A DNA stretch of 24,000 nucleotides from Enterococcus phage vB_OCPT_Bop. The notes under the pieces were generated by a model. That model saw only the letters and a program-made list of their open reading frames with translations, did not search any database and was not told the DNA's origin. The DNA lies in the sequence record ON125307.1, one strand, 5' to 3'. Both the position numbers and the translations under genes were made by a program. Below, piece by piece: positions 1 to 8,418 of this stretch (the stretch's first letter is position 1; every line of letters begins with the position of its first letter).

Positions 1-159
1 AACACTTGAATAACCATTCCCACAATCCATAAAATTCTTGCAGGTTTAGACCATCCAGTTAGTCCGTCTCTATAATATTCATATGTGAATAATTTTTTAA
101 TATGTTCCATCTTACTGTTCTTTTTAGCTTCCATTAATTTGTTACTCCTCCAATGTGTA

Positions 160-990
160 TTAAATATCTTTACGCTCTATATCCCAGAAATGTGCTACAA
201 CATGATAAGGTACATCAATTCCAGATGACTTTGCATGATTATAGAATTTCATAACTGCTTGTTGATTGCTTTCTTCTTGGTATAATTCTTTGTATGCGTT
301 AACGGCTTGTCCCTCAGATATACAGCCTAATTCAAATAATTTATCTATAATTTGACTTACGATTTGCTGTCTATGTTCTGGGTTGTTAACAAAATCAATC
401 TCTGTAACATCGAGAATAATTTTTGGAAAACCTAAATCTCTTTCCATCCAATTTTGATAGTTCTCATGATGACGTTTGAAGTACTCGTATAATTCGGTAC
501 CTTCTTCTACTTTTTCAAATTCACGAGCACGAGCATTAATTCGTCTGATTTCTTCTTCAAAAGAACAGTTTAAAACAACCATTAAATCTGGTGTTTTCTT
601 AGGAAGTGGTTCTAACTCCTTAAGCATTCTCTCTAGTAAACGATGATAGACACCTTGTTCCATTTCGTTCACATGTCCTTCTTGTACTAATTGGTCTAAG
701 AAGATACTATCTTCAAATATAGACCGGTCTAAAATACCATTATCCACACTCATTGCTTCTTGAATCATTTCAAAGCGTTTGGATAACATATCTATTTGAA
801 AAAGTAGTCCATATTTTGATTTGTCTTGGTAGAACAATTCAAGCATTGGATTCTCTTCTACAGGTTCATAAACTGCTTTTGTATCTAATAGGTTTGCTAA
901 TATTTCTGTCATTGATGATTTACCTACACCAATAACTCCGGCTAACGTAATTATCATAACCAACTCCTCGGAATATTTATTTTTTGACAA
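160..990 (-). CDS. Deoxynucleoside kinase family (dAdo/dGuo/dCyd kinase-like)
   Basis: P-loop LAGVIGVGKSSMTEIL near the N-terminus, EPVEENPMLELFYQD, and DRSIFEDSIF (dNK-type DRS motif). An internal start near 957 (MIITLAG) is also possible. Confidence 0.85.
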   Translation of the reverse strand: MSKNKYSEELVMIITLAGVIGVGKSSMTEILANLLDTKAVYEPVEENPMLELFYQDKSKYGLLFQIDMLSKRFEMIQEAMSVDNGILDRSIFEDSIFLDQLVQEGHVNEMEQGVYHRLLERMLKELEPLPKKTPDLMVVLNCSFEEEIRRINARAREFEKVEEGTELYEYFKRHHENYQNWMERDLGFPKIILDVTEIDFVNNPEHRQQIVSQIIDKLFELGCISEGQAVNAYKELYQEESNQQAVMKFYNHAKSSGIDVPYHVVAHFWDIERKDI

Positions 991-1024
991 TATTAAGAGC
1001 CTGACTAGCAGGCTCTAATAAACC

Positions 1025-2023
1025 TTACATATGTTTTACACGTGCATCTATTTCTTTCTTACGTCCATGTGCATTAGGACGAGCTTGTGGTTGACCTATA
1101 AAATCAAGAACAAGTCTACGAGTATCTTCCCAGTTTGTGTTATCAAGACGTAAAAGTGGTATGTTGTTTTCCAAGCAGTAATTCGTCTTTACAGTATCTC
1201 GATATACACTATCTAGGTATTCATCTTCATTTGAATAAAATATAGAACTAGGGTTACTATGCTGTTTACCATCGTATTCAATTATTGCTAGTACATTCTC
1301 ATTTTCATCCACTAAGGAAAAATCAAACATTAAACCTCTAATACCATTTTTAGGGTTAACAATTCTTGGGTATTGATACCTGTAATTGACATTAGCTTCT
1401 GTAAGTATACGGTTTACCATAGTCTCTCCGGAAGACATTCCACAATGAGTGCAGTAGCCACCTCTTGTAGAAAAATCATACGGAGAAACTTTTGATATTG
1501 AACCGCACTTCGTATGTTCTATTTCTATCGGCATCTTAGAGCGCTTGTAAGTGCCTAACACAACATACTCCCCATTGTAATCTTCAATAAGCTTGTAAAA
1601 GGCTTTTTTAACCCAAGGGGTGTTACTAAAACAATTAGGACATTTAGTACCCATAGTTATTGGTAAGTCCGCTCTTGTTGAGTAAACAGTTCCACAAGAT
1701 ATATGTCTAACCGTTATGTCCTCTTTGTTAGTTTTATACTCACTTAATAACTCATAGTCACTACCCATAATTTCCATAAACTGTTTTCTATAGGATTCTG
1801 GGCTTTTTCTTCTTGACGTATCTTTGTAACAATGTCTGCAAGTAAAACCATACTTGTAAATGTTGCTTGGTGTTCTCTCAATAATATTGCCACAGCTATG
1901 TTCAATACCCACTTTTTCTCTAGTACTAACATAGGGTCTTACTATTGAGTACTCACCGTTAGTATTGTTTTCATCAAAATAGTCCAAGAATTTTTGTTTA
2001 CTTTTCTCAATATTTTTTGTCAT
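1025..2023 (-). CDS. Putative homing-endonuclease-like protein (zinc-ribbon repeats plus Vsr/PD-(D/E)XK-like domain) with an NrdD-like C-terminal tail
   Basis: CxxC/HxxC-rich N-terminal half; SGETMVNRIL...FDFSLVDEN...IIEYDGKQH; C-terminus PQARPNAHGRKKEIDARVKHM. Start at 2023 (MTKNIEK) is preceded by an AGGAGG RBS; the supplied ORF begins at 2059. Confidence 0.6.
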   Translation of the reverse strand: MTKNIEKSKQKFLDYFDENNTNGEYSIVRPYVSTREKVGIEHSCGNIIERTPSNIYKYGFTCRHCYKDTSRRKSPESYRKQFMEIMGSDYELLSEYKTNKEDITVRHISCGTVYSTRADLPITMGTKCPNCFSNTPWVKKAFYKLIEDYNGEYVVLGTYKRSKMPIEIEHTKCGSISKVSPYDFSTRGGYCTHCGMSSGETMVNRILTEANVNYRYQYPRIVNPKNGIRGLMFDFSLVDENENVLAIIEYDGKQHSNPSSIFYSNEDEYLDSVYRDTVKTNYCLENNIPLLRLDNTNWEDTRRLVLDFIGQPQARPNAHGRKKEIDARVKHM

Positions 2024-2080
2024 GTTCACAACCTCCTGTACATAAATAATATAGCACAAGACGTTGTGAACCGACAGCGA

Positions 2081-4252
2081 CTACATATGTTTTGCTCTGT
2101 GGTCGATTTCTACTTTTCTTCCGTGTGGCATAGGTCTAGCTTGTGGATTTCCGAGATAGCCACATGTTCGTTTAACAACATCGCATGTTGCAGGGTCATT
2201 ATTACCACATTGTGGGCATTCATATCCATCAGATGTTGGGTTAAATTCACCATCAAAACCACATTCATGACATTTGTCGATTGGTGTGTTTGTTCCTAAA
2301 TAACCAACTTTATCATAACTGTAGTCCCAGACAGCTTCTAAAGCTTTTAAGTTATGAACCAGTTTAGGGTATTCTACATAGTGAATAAAACCACCAGAAG
2401 CGTATTTGGGGAACTCTTTTTCAAAGTCAATCTTTTCAAAAGGTGTTGGGGCTTTACGAACATCATAATGGAAACTATTTGTGTAATATTCTTTGTCTGT
2501 AATGTTCTCAATAATTCCATATTTTTCTGTATCCATACGGCAGAATCTATCAGTTAGACTTTCACTAGGAGTTGAGTAGATTGAGAACCAAATACCAGTT
2601 TCTTCTGTCCATTCATCCTTTTTATCATAAAGCTTACGTAGAACATCTAAAGCAAACTCTTTTGCTTCTTCATGATGTGGGTCTGTCTTATCTTGCCAGT
2701 CACCACCATAGAACATGCTAGCAACTTCATACAGCCCGATATAGCCCATAGAAACCGTTGCACGATTATTTATGAACAATTGTTTTACATCGTCATCATC
2801 AGTTAAATTAGCCCCAAAAGCACCATGTTTATATAAGATAGGAGCATTCTTTGGTTGAGCTTCGTAAGTGCGTTCAATTCTATAAACTAACGCATCATGT
2901 AATACCTTAGCTCGTTCTTCAAAAATTTCCCAGAAGACTTCTTTATCCCCTTCTGATTCAATGGCAATACGTGGTAAGTTAAGAGTTACTACTCCTAAAT
3001 TCATACGACCAGAGTTTACTTCGTTTCCATGTTCATCTTTCCATCCTTGTAAGAATGAACGACAACCCATAGGACATTTAAACGAACCTGTTAGCTCAAC
3101 AATTTTGTCATAGTTCAAAATATCAGGGTACATACGTTTAGCTGAACATTCTAATGCTAACTGTTTTACTTCATAGTTAGGGTCTTCTGGTTTACGGTTA
3201 ACTCCGTCTTTAATAGTGAACAATAATTTAGGGAAGATTGCTGTACGTCCTTCTGTACCTAGACCTTGGATACGTACTTTAAAAATAGCTTTTTGAATTT
3301 CTCTTTCCCAACGTCCAGTACCTAAACCAAAACCAATAGACGTGAAAGGAGTCTGACCATTTGATGTAAATAACGTATTAATTTCATACTCTAGGCTTTG
3401 CATTGCATCGTAAATATCTTTGTTTGTTTTCTCGATTGCATATGTTTCTGGCTCAGGAATACGATAACGTTTAGCATCTGTCATATGTTTTTGATAATTC
3501 ATTTCAGCATAAGGTGCTAATACTTCATCAATGCGGTCAAACGAACAACCACCATATTGACTGGAAGCCACATTCGCAATAATTTGTGCTGTTTGTGCTG
3601 TAGCTGTTTGAATGGAATGAGGTGAACCGATTTCTGCATTACCCATTTTAAACCCGTTCTTCAACATATATTCAAAGTCAATCAAACAACAATTAGTCAT
3701 TGGACGGTAAGGTTGGTAGTCTAAATCGTGATAATGAATATCTCCACGTAAATGTGCGTTAGCTACATGAGGAGGGAGCATTTTAAGACCCTCAACTTTA
3801 TTAACTGTACCTGCTGTAAGGTCTCGTTCTGTTGCAAAGGTATTTGAGTCCTTATTTGCATTCTCATTGACAATAGTTTTGTCCTTTTCTTGTAGCTTAC
3901 GTAGCCTTACATTAATGTCTGTATCACCTGCACGTTCAGCATCACGTAAAGAACGAAACTCAATATAGTTTCTAGCTACGTTTTTAGCAAAAGATTTCAT
4001 TAATTCCTGCTCTACAATACTTTGGAGTTTTGCAATATCGACACGTCCTGTATCGCTGTAATGCTTCACTACAAAGCGTTTAACACGTTCAGCTATAATC
4101 TCTCCTAAATCTGTTTTAGCGCCCGTAGCATCCTTCTCAGCTCGTCCTACGGCACGTACAATCCTTCCTTCATTAAACTTGACAGTTCTTCCGTCTCGTT
4201 TAACTACAAAAATCTGTTTTGTCTTAACATCTACATCTTGTGTTGCTTGCAC
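2081..4252 (-). CDS. nrdD: Anaerobic (class III) ribonucleoside-triphosphate reductase
   Basis: ATP-cone start (IFVVKRDGRTVKFNEGRIVRAV), C-terminal zinc site (CHECGF...CPQC), and glycyl-radical motif RTCGYLGNPQARPMPHGR. Confidence 0.95.
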   Translation of the reverse strand: MQATQDVDVKTKQIFVVKRDGRTVKFNEGRIVRAVGRAEKDATGAKTDLGEIIAERVKRFVVKHYSDTGRVDIAKLQSIVEQELMKSFAKNVARNYIEFRSLRDAERAGDTDINVRLRKLQEKDKTIVNENANKDSNTFATERDLTAGTVNKVEGLKMLPPHVANAHLRGDIHYHDLDYQPYRPMTNCCLIDFEYMLKNGFKMGNAEIGSPHSIQTATAQTAQIIANVASSQYGGCSFDRIDEVLAPYAEMNYQKHMTDAKRYRIPEPETYAIEKTNKDIYDAMQSLEYEINTLFTSNGQTPFTSIGFGLGTGRWEREIQKAIFKVRIQGLGTEGRTAIFPKLLFTIKDGVNRKPEDPNYEVKQLALECSAKRMYPDILNYDKIVELTGSFKCPMGCRSFLQGWKDEHGNEVNSGRMNLGVVTLNLPRIAIESEGDKEVFWEIFEERAKVLHDALVYRIERTYEAQPKNAPILYKHGAFGANLTDDDDVKQLFINNRATVSMGYIGLYEVASMFYGGDWQDKTDPHHEEAKEFALDVLRKLYDKKDEWTEETGIWFSIYSTPSESLTDRFCRMDTEKYGIIENITDKEYYTNSFHYDVRKAPTPFEKIDFEKEFPKYASGGFIHYVEYPKLVHNLKALEAVWDYSYDKVGYLGTNTPIDKCHECGFDGEFNPTSDGYECPQCGNNDPATCDVVKRTCGYLGNPQARPMPHGRKVEIDHRAKHM

Positions 4253-4402
4253 TCAAAATTCCGCCTTTCTTACAATATCTAGTATACTTAGTATAGCATA
4301 ACAATACTTACAGTACAAGATGTAATTGTTAACAAAAAATAAAAGACTACAAACTAAGTTGTAGTCTTTTTCAACAAATATTACAAATTGATTAATTTTT
4401 TC

Positions 4403-4672
4403 TCAGATTAGCTCACCTAAGAAATCCTCACCATCATCTGGTTTCTTGTGCTTATACTCATCCGTTTTGAGCATTAGGTACTTGTTACCTGTTTCTACTT
4501 GTAACCTCTCAAAAGCTCTACGGTACTCCTCAGCACTAGATGTAGCATCTAGTAGGAACTTAGCATTAAGGATGGCTAAAACCGCTAGTAGCTCTTCTCG
4601 ACTACCGGACATCTGTACCTTAACTTTACCATCCTCAGTCGTATAAGCTCCGATTTTATTCTTGATTGCCAC
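4403..4672 (-). CDS. Hypothetical protein, 89 aa
   Basis: ORF co-directional in tight gene order with a GGTGT-type RBS region. Confidence 0.6.
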   Translation of the reverse strand: MAIKNKIGAYTTEDGKVKVQMSGSREELLAVLAILNAKFLLDATSSAEEYRRAFERLQVETGNKYLMLKTDEYKHKKPDDGEDFLGELI

Positions 4673-4683
4673 AGTTACACCTC

Positions 4684-5514
4684 TTAATCTTTTAATTTAA
4701 TTTTAGGCATAGCTTCAAGAAGTTTATTATTAAACTTTCCGGAAATAACAGCTTCCCCAAGTTCATTTGTTACCACGGAAATCCAGTAAGGAGACTTCGG
4801 TTTCAAACGATTGTTATTAACATCTAGGAATGCTCTAAACAATCGAGGGAAAGAGGTTACTCCTACTAATTTACTAGCAAGGTCATGCGCAATAACTTTC
4901 TTAGTGAAACGCTCTGCATTAAATGATTCTAGCGTATACAACAAGAAATAAACTCCCTGCAACTGTGTGTTTGACCTAAAATCTGTTGAATCAATAAACT
5001 TTTGATATGACTGAGCAAACTTGACATATTCTTTATAGTTACGGAAACGGAACGCACCATCACGTACAACATCTGTTTTTCTTCCTGCTGTACTACTATA
5101 ACCTAACGCAGTAGAAATAGTAGAGGACACCCGTAATGCCGGATACGTAGACATCAAGTTCAACAGTTGTTTATAACTTTGGTATCCTGATTCGGCATAC
5201 TTATGGATGTAATCTTCGACCTTCCATGATTTACTTGTACTATTCAATTCTGCAACATCAATGTCACTGTCATCGAACGTATAAGTAATGGGTAACCCAA
5301 GTTCACGAGCTACAGCTAAACGGTGTTGTCCGTCAATAACTTCCATCTTTCGATTTACTTTAATCTCAGTAAGAACCCCACGTTTCGCAATTGAGTCCCG
5401 TAAAGCCTTAGAAATTTTAACTGGTCTGTTTCCTTTTAGTTGTTTGAATTTAGACAGGTCTGCTGTTTCATAGACCTGTTTTACTGCTTTATCTTGCTTC
5501 TTTTCTTTAGACAC
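4684..5514 (-). CDS. ParB/Srx N-terminal-domain protein
   Basis: KGNRPVKISKALRDSIAKRGVLTEIKVNRKMEVIDGQHRLAVARELG resembles the ParB-like IDGxHR signature. Confidence 0.75.
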   Translation of the reverse strand: MSKEKKQDKAVKQVYETADLSKFKQLKGNRPVKISKALRDSIAKRGVLTEIKVNRKMEVIDGQHRLAVARELGLPITYTFDDSDIDVAELNSTSKSWKVEDYIHKYAESGYQSYKQLLNLMSTYPALRVSSTISTALGYSSTAGRKTDVVRDGAFRFRNYKEYVKFAQSYQKFIDSTDFRSNTQLQGVYFLLYTLESFNAERFTKKVIAHDLASKLVGVTSFPRLFRAFLDVNNNRLKPKSPYWISVVTNELGEAVISGKFNNKLLEAMPKIKLKD

Positions 5515-5532
5515 CTGTCATCTCTCCCTTAA

Positions 5533-5844
5533 TTATTTTTTGTATTGAATGCTTTGACTTACCTCAGTGATTTTCTTAACCTTTTTAAATACATTAGGAT
5601 AACATTTTTCTAAGGTATTTCGGTCTACACCAATGCGTTCATAGGCGCTAATAAGTTTGAAAGTTCCGTATTGAGATTCAACTTTTGTTTTCTTAAGTTG
5701 AATCATTTGTTCAAGAATTTCTTTTCTAAGTTCATCTCTTTGCTCGTTTAAAGAATCAAGCAACTCCTGAACACGTTTGTATTCCTTAAAGTTGCGCTCT
5801 AATTCTTTTTCTTTTACTTCTGTAGTTGTTAGTCTCATGACCAT
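5533..5844 (-). CDS. Hypothetical coiled-coil protein, 103 aa
   Basis: Charged helical ORF with upstream RBS; TTGACT-17-TATACT promoter-like sequence upstream. Confidence 0.6.
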   Translation of the reverse strand: MVMRLTTTEVKEKELERNFKEYKRVQELLDSLNEQRDELRKEILEQMIQLKKTKVESQYGTFKLISAYERIGVDRNTLEKCYPNVFKKVKKITEVSQSIQYKK

Positions 5845-5938
5845 CTCTCCCTTTCTTTACTATACTCAAAGTATATCATTACATATTATAAAAGTCAACA
5901 CCTATCTTACAAAAAATTGCCAAAAAAATATTTGGCAA

Positions 5939-6169
5939 TCAGTTTTTGTCATCAGGTTCTAATAGCTTGTCCGCAGGCATATCAAAAATACGAGCTAGTT
6001 TAGCTTGATTGTTTGCTCTGGGTTTTTTGATTCCATGCTCCCAATAGGATACGGTTGACCAATGTACACCTAGTTTTTTAGCTACAGAACGCAAGGATTC
6101 ATGCTTTTCTTCACGAACACGTTTCAGCACCAAGGGTTTTGGCTTGCTTTCCACGATTCTCCCCTCCAT
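5939..6169 (-). CDS. XRE-family helix-turn-helix regulator
   Basis: SLRSVAKKLGVHWSTVSYWEHGIKKPRANNQAKLARIFDMPADKLL. Confidence 0.85.
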   Translation of the reverse strand: MEGRIVESKPKPLVLKRVREEKHESLRSVAKKLGVHWSTVSYWEHGIKKPRANNQAKLARIFDMPADKLLEPDDKN

Positions 6170-6212
6170 TCTATATATAACTACAGCCCTAGGAAAACCT
6201 AGGGCAAGTAGA

Positions 6213-7745
6213 TTATTTAAGTGCTTCTTTTACAAAGTCGTATTCTGGTTTATTTAACACAGACAACATCATTTCTTCTGGGGAAGTAATTTCTCCGCCT
6301 AACACTTGTGTTAAGATGTTTGTGGAGAACCCAGATACTAAAGCTGTTCCTTTTTCGTCAAAACGTACAGGTGTATTATCATGACGAGAGTTTACATTCC
6401 AGAATACTACAGATGGTAACTCGTAACCTGCCTGTTCGAACTTAAGTTTTGCTTGTTCATAGTTAGTGTAACCTGCCACACCTTGGTCAAATTCCATATC
6501 GGAAATAATAACGATTTTTGAAGGTAATTCATTTTGTGGTGTGTGGTTTTTCACCGCAGTAGATAAAATCAAGTCGAATACTTTTTGTAAATTTGTATTT
6601 CTAGCATTGTATGAACATTTATCATAAGCCTTCATCTTATCCATAAGTGTACCTGACAATGGTAAATTTACTAAACGAGGTTGTTCAGAAAATACGATGA
6701 AATGACCTTTGAATGCGCCACTTAAGCGTTCCGCAGTGTAGATAGCTAAGCCTTCTGCAACTTCCCAAGGGGTAACATTTTCTGTACCACCCCATGTCAT
6801 AGAACCAGAAGTATCCGCAACTACAATTGCATTATCTTCAATATCTTTCAACACATCGTCCATAGATTTCCATGTTGCTTCCAGTGAACGGTCTAATGTT
6901 CTATAGTAACTTCTGCTACCATAAGCCCGAATTACTTCATGAGGTAACATGTTCTTTGCATTCATTTTTACTTCCCCAGATTCTACTTTAGAAAGTAAAT
7001 CTTCATATTCGTCTGGCATGTGTAATTGCAAAGCTTTACGGTATTTGAACAATGCTTTAGAGGATACTTGGTTCAAATCAATCTTATGGTATTCCTTGCT
7101 TGCTAACCGAACTTCAATTACATTTAAATAATCACGTAATTTAGCAATCATTTTACGATAACGAGTTAGACCTGCTTTACCTTCAAAACCTAAATAGTTA
7201 GCAATACGAGCACCTTGATTACGTTTCTTGCTATTTGGAGAACTTACATTAGCTAACCATTTACCTAGTAATGATACAGGCTTACCTTCTGACATGTTTT
7301 TAATATCAGATGTTAGTTGGTTACCGATGATACGTGCACCTTCTGTATCCACAAAGTGAATACTACGTTTGTGTGCGTACTCCATAGTTTCAAATAAGTC
7401 TGTCCAACGACCAACATATGCCATGTACTCCATTAAAGTAACGATTACTTGCTTGTTTTGGTTACGACCATCCACTAAGTATTTGATTGCTTCTAGGTAA
7501 GCGGAACGTTCACCCAATCCACCTAAACGGATATTACGTAAGTGTACCAAATTGCGTAATGCTAACTCTGGGTTTTCATCGTAGGCTTTAGCAAACATGT
7601 TTCGTACATCTCCTAAACGACCACGCATAGCCCCTGCTTGTGCAAAGAAGTCTAAGTTAGCGTTTAAAGTTGATGTATAAGTTTTAGCTCCATTTTCTGT
7701 AGAACCAACAGTTGTTTCTTCTTTTAGGTTGTCTAAAAATGACAT
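6213..7745 (-). CDS. vWA-containing Ro60-like protein (TROVE / DUF2828-type)
   Basis: N-terminal STENGAKTYTSTLNANLDFFAQAGAMRG...ALRNLVHLRNIRLGGLGERSAYLEAIKYL followed by a MIDAS vWA domain (VVADTSGSMTW...FIVFSEQPRLV...IVIISDMEFD). Confidence 0.75.
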   Translation of the reverse strand: MSFLDNLKEETTVGSTENGAKTYTSTLNANLDFFAQAGAMRGRLGDVRNMFAKAYDENPELALRNLVHLRNIRLGGLGERSAYLEAIKYLVDGRNQNKQVIVTLMEYMAYVGRWTDLFETMEYAHKRSIHFVDTEGARIIGNQLTSDIKNMSEGKPVSLLGKWLANVSSPNSKKRNQGARIANYLGFEGKAGLTRYRKMIAKLRDYLNVIEVRLASKEYHKIDLNQVSSKALFKYRKALQLHMPDEYEDLLSKVESGEVKMNAKNMLPHEVIRAYGSRSYYRTLDRSLEATWKSMDDVLKDIEDNAIVVADTSGSMTWGGTENVTPWEVAEGLAIYTAERLSGAFKGHFIVFSEQPRLVNLPLSGTLMDKMKAYDKCSYNARNTNLQKVFDLILSTAVKNHTPQNELPSKIVIISDMEFDQGVAGYTNYEQAKLKFEQAGYELPSVVFWNVNSRHDNTPVRFDEKGTALVSGFSTNILTQVLGGEITSPEEMMLSVLNKPEYDFVKEALK

Positions 7746-7786
7746 CTGACATCTCTCCTTTGTATGGTAATGTTTTATCTAACACC

Positions 7787-7815
7787 ACTATAACATGTAA
7801 TATTATGTAAGTCAA
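7787..7815 (-). promoter_or_regulatory. Sigma-A-like promoter for the vWA/Ro60-like gene
   Basis: TTGACT - 17 nt - TATAGT on the minus strand. Confidence 0.7.
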
Positions 7816-7827
7816 CACTTTTTGTAA

Positions 7828-7858
7828 ATAAAAAACTCATCCGATTAAGAATGAGTTT
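7828..7858 (-). terminator. Intrinsic terminator at the 3' end of the permuted tRNA-like array
   Basis: Minus strand AAACTCAT-TCTTAATCGG-ATGAGTTTTTT. Confidence 0.7.
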
Positions 7859-8014
7859 GTATGTAATATCAAGAACCACAGGCTTAATTAAATTCAATAG
7901 TTTTAATTTGTTAGTTGATTGCTGTAGGGTTCTTTATGCTCTGGCAACCTAAGAGGTTAGAGCTATGGCAAAATACCAAAACCTTTTTAATATGTAACAA
8001 GAATCTATTTTATA

Positions 8015-8092
8015 CGTTGCTCTACCAACTGAGCTACAGGAGGAATCGTCCTCCCGGCAGGACTCGAACCTGCGACCCACGGCTCCATAGGC
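8015..8092 (-). tRNA. Circularly permuted tRNA or tRNA mimic; anticodon arm would read ATG if joined
   Basis: Minus order: GC CTATGGA GCCGT GGGTC GCAGG TTCGAGT CCTGC CGGGAGG A (8092-8049), linker CGATT, CCTCCTG TA GCTC AGTTGGTA GAGC A ACG (8043-8015). Acceptor CCTCCTG/CGGGAGG pairs 7/7; ACG+GC pairs with GCCGT. Confidence 0.6.
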
Positions 8093-8198
8093 AATAAAAA
8101 TTGCTGTTAGATTCTTTATGTTCCGGCACCCATTAAGGATGGAACTATAGCTATGCTAAAACCGTTTTATTTATGTAACAAGAACGCATTAACTTTAA

Positions 8199-8271
8199 GC
8201 TTTACCAATTAAGCTATACCACCAATGGTGGCAGTTGGATTCGAACCAACAACTCACATTTTTCAGATGTA
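8199..8271 (-). tRNA. Circularly permuted tRNA-Phe(GAA)-like module
   Basis: Minus order: TACAT CTGAAAA ATGTG AGTT GTTGG TTCGAAT CCAAC TGCCACC A (8271-8226), linker TT, GGTGGTA TA GCTT AATTGGTA AAGC (8223-8199). All arms pair when joined, including acceptor 7/7. Confidence 0.7.
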
Positions 8272-8365
8272 TTAGTTTTAAAAGTTTGCTGTGGCGTTCT
8301 TTATGTTCCGGCTACCTGTTAGGTTGGAACTATGACATATGTCAAAACCTTTTTATCTTGTCTTT

Positions 8366-8394
8366 ATAATAGCATAAACTATTCAAACTGTCAA
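8366..8394 (-). promoter_or_regulatory. Promoter of the permuted tRNA-like array
   Basis: TTGACA - 17 nt - TATTAT on the minus strand. Confidence 0.75.
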
Positions 8395-8418
8395 CTATTA
8401 ATTTAAATATATTGAAAC

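Larger units (their letters stand above)
7859..8360 (-). ncRNA. Structured RNA array: three copies of a hairpin element alternating with two circularly permuted tRNA modules and one AT-rich hairpin
   Basis: Bounded by a promoter (8366-8394) and terminator (7828-7858). Repeats GGTTTT-hairpin-ATAG-hairpin-CATAAAGAA occur at about 7928-8002, 8111-8185 and 8296-8355. Enclosing stems covary. Confidence 0.75.

Noticed and set aside
2354-2557. Plus-strand ORF within nrdD
   Set aside because: Antisense to a strongly supported coding sequence with no independent support; the same applies to the small antisense ORFs at 753, 1744, 4446, 5288, 5777, 6949, 22235 and others.
7915-8097. Plus-strand ORF MIAVGFF...RPPGRTRTCDPRLHRQ
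   Set aside because: It is the antisense of tRNA modules; GRTRTCDPRL-type peptides are typical false ORFs over tRNA T arms.
7928-8355. Three regularly spaced repeats considered as CRISPR or tracrRNA-like
   Set aside because: The repeats are diverged but structurally covarying, the intervening sequences are tRNA modules rather than spacers, and there are no cas genes.
7859-8360. Permuted group I intron (intron-exon permutation) as explanation for the array
   Set aside because: I could not find group I core motifs, and the same roughly 70-nt element lies on both sides, so it cannot supply distinct 5' and 3' intron halves. Kept only as an untested alternative.
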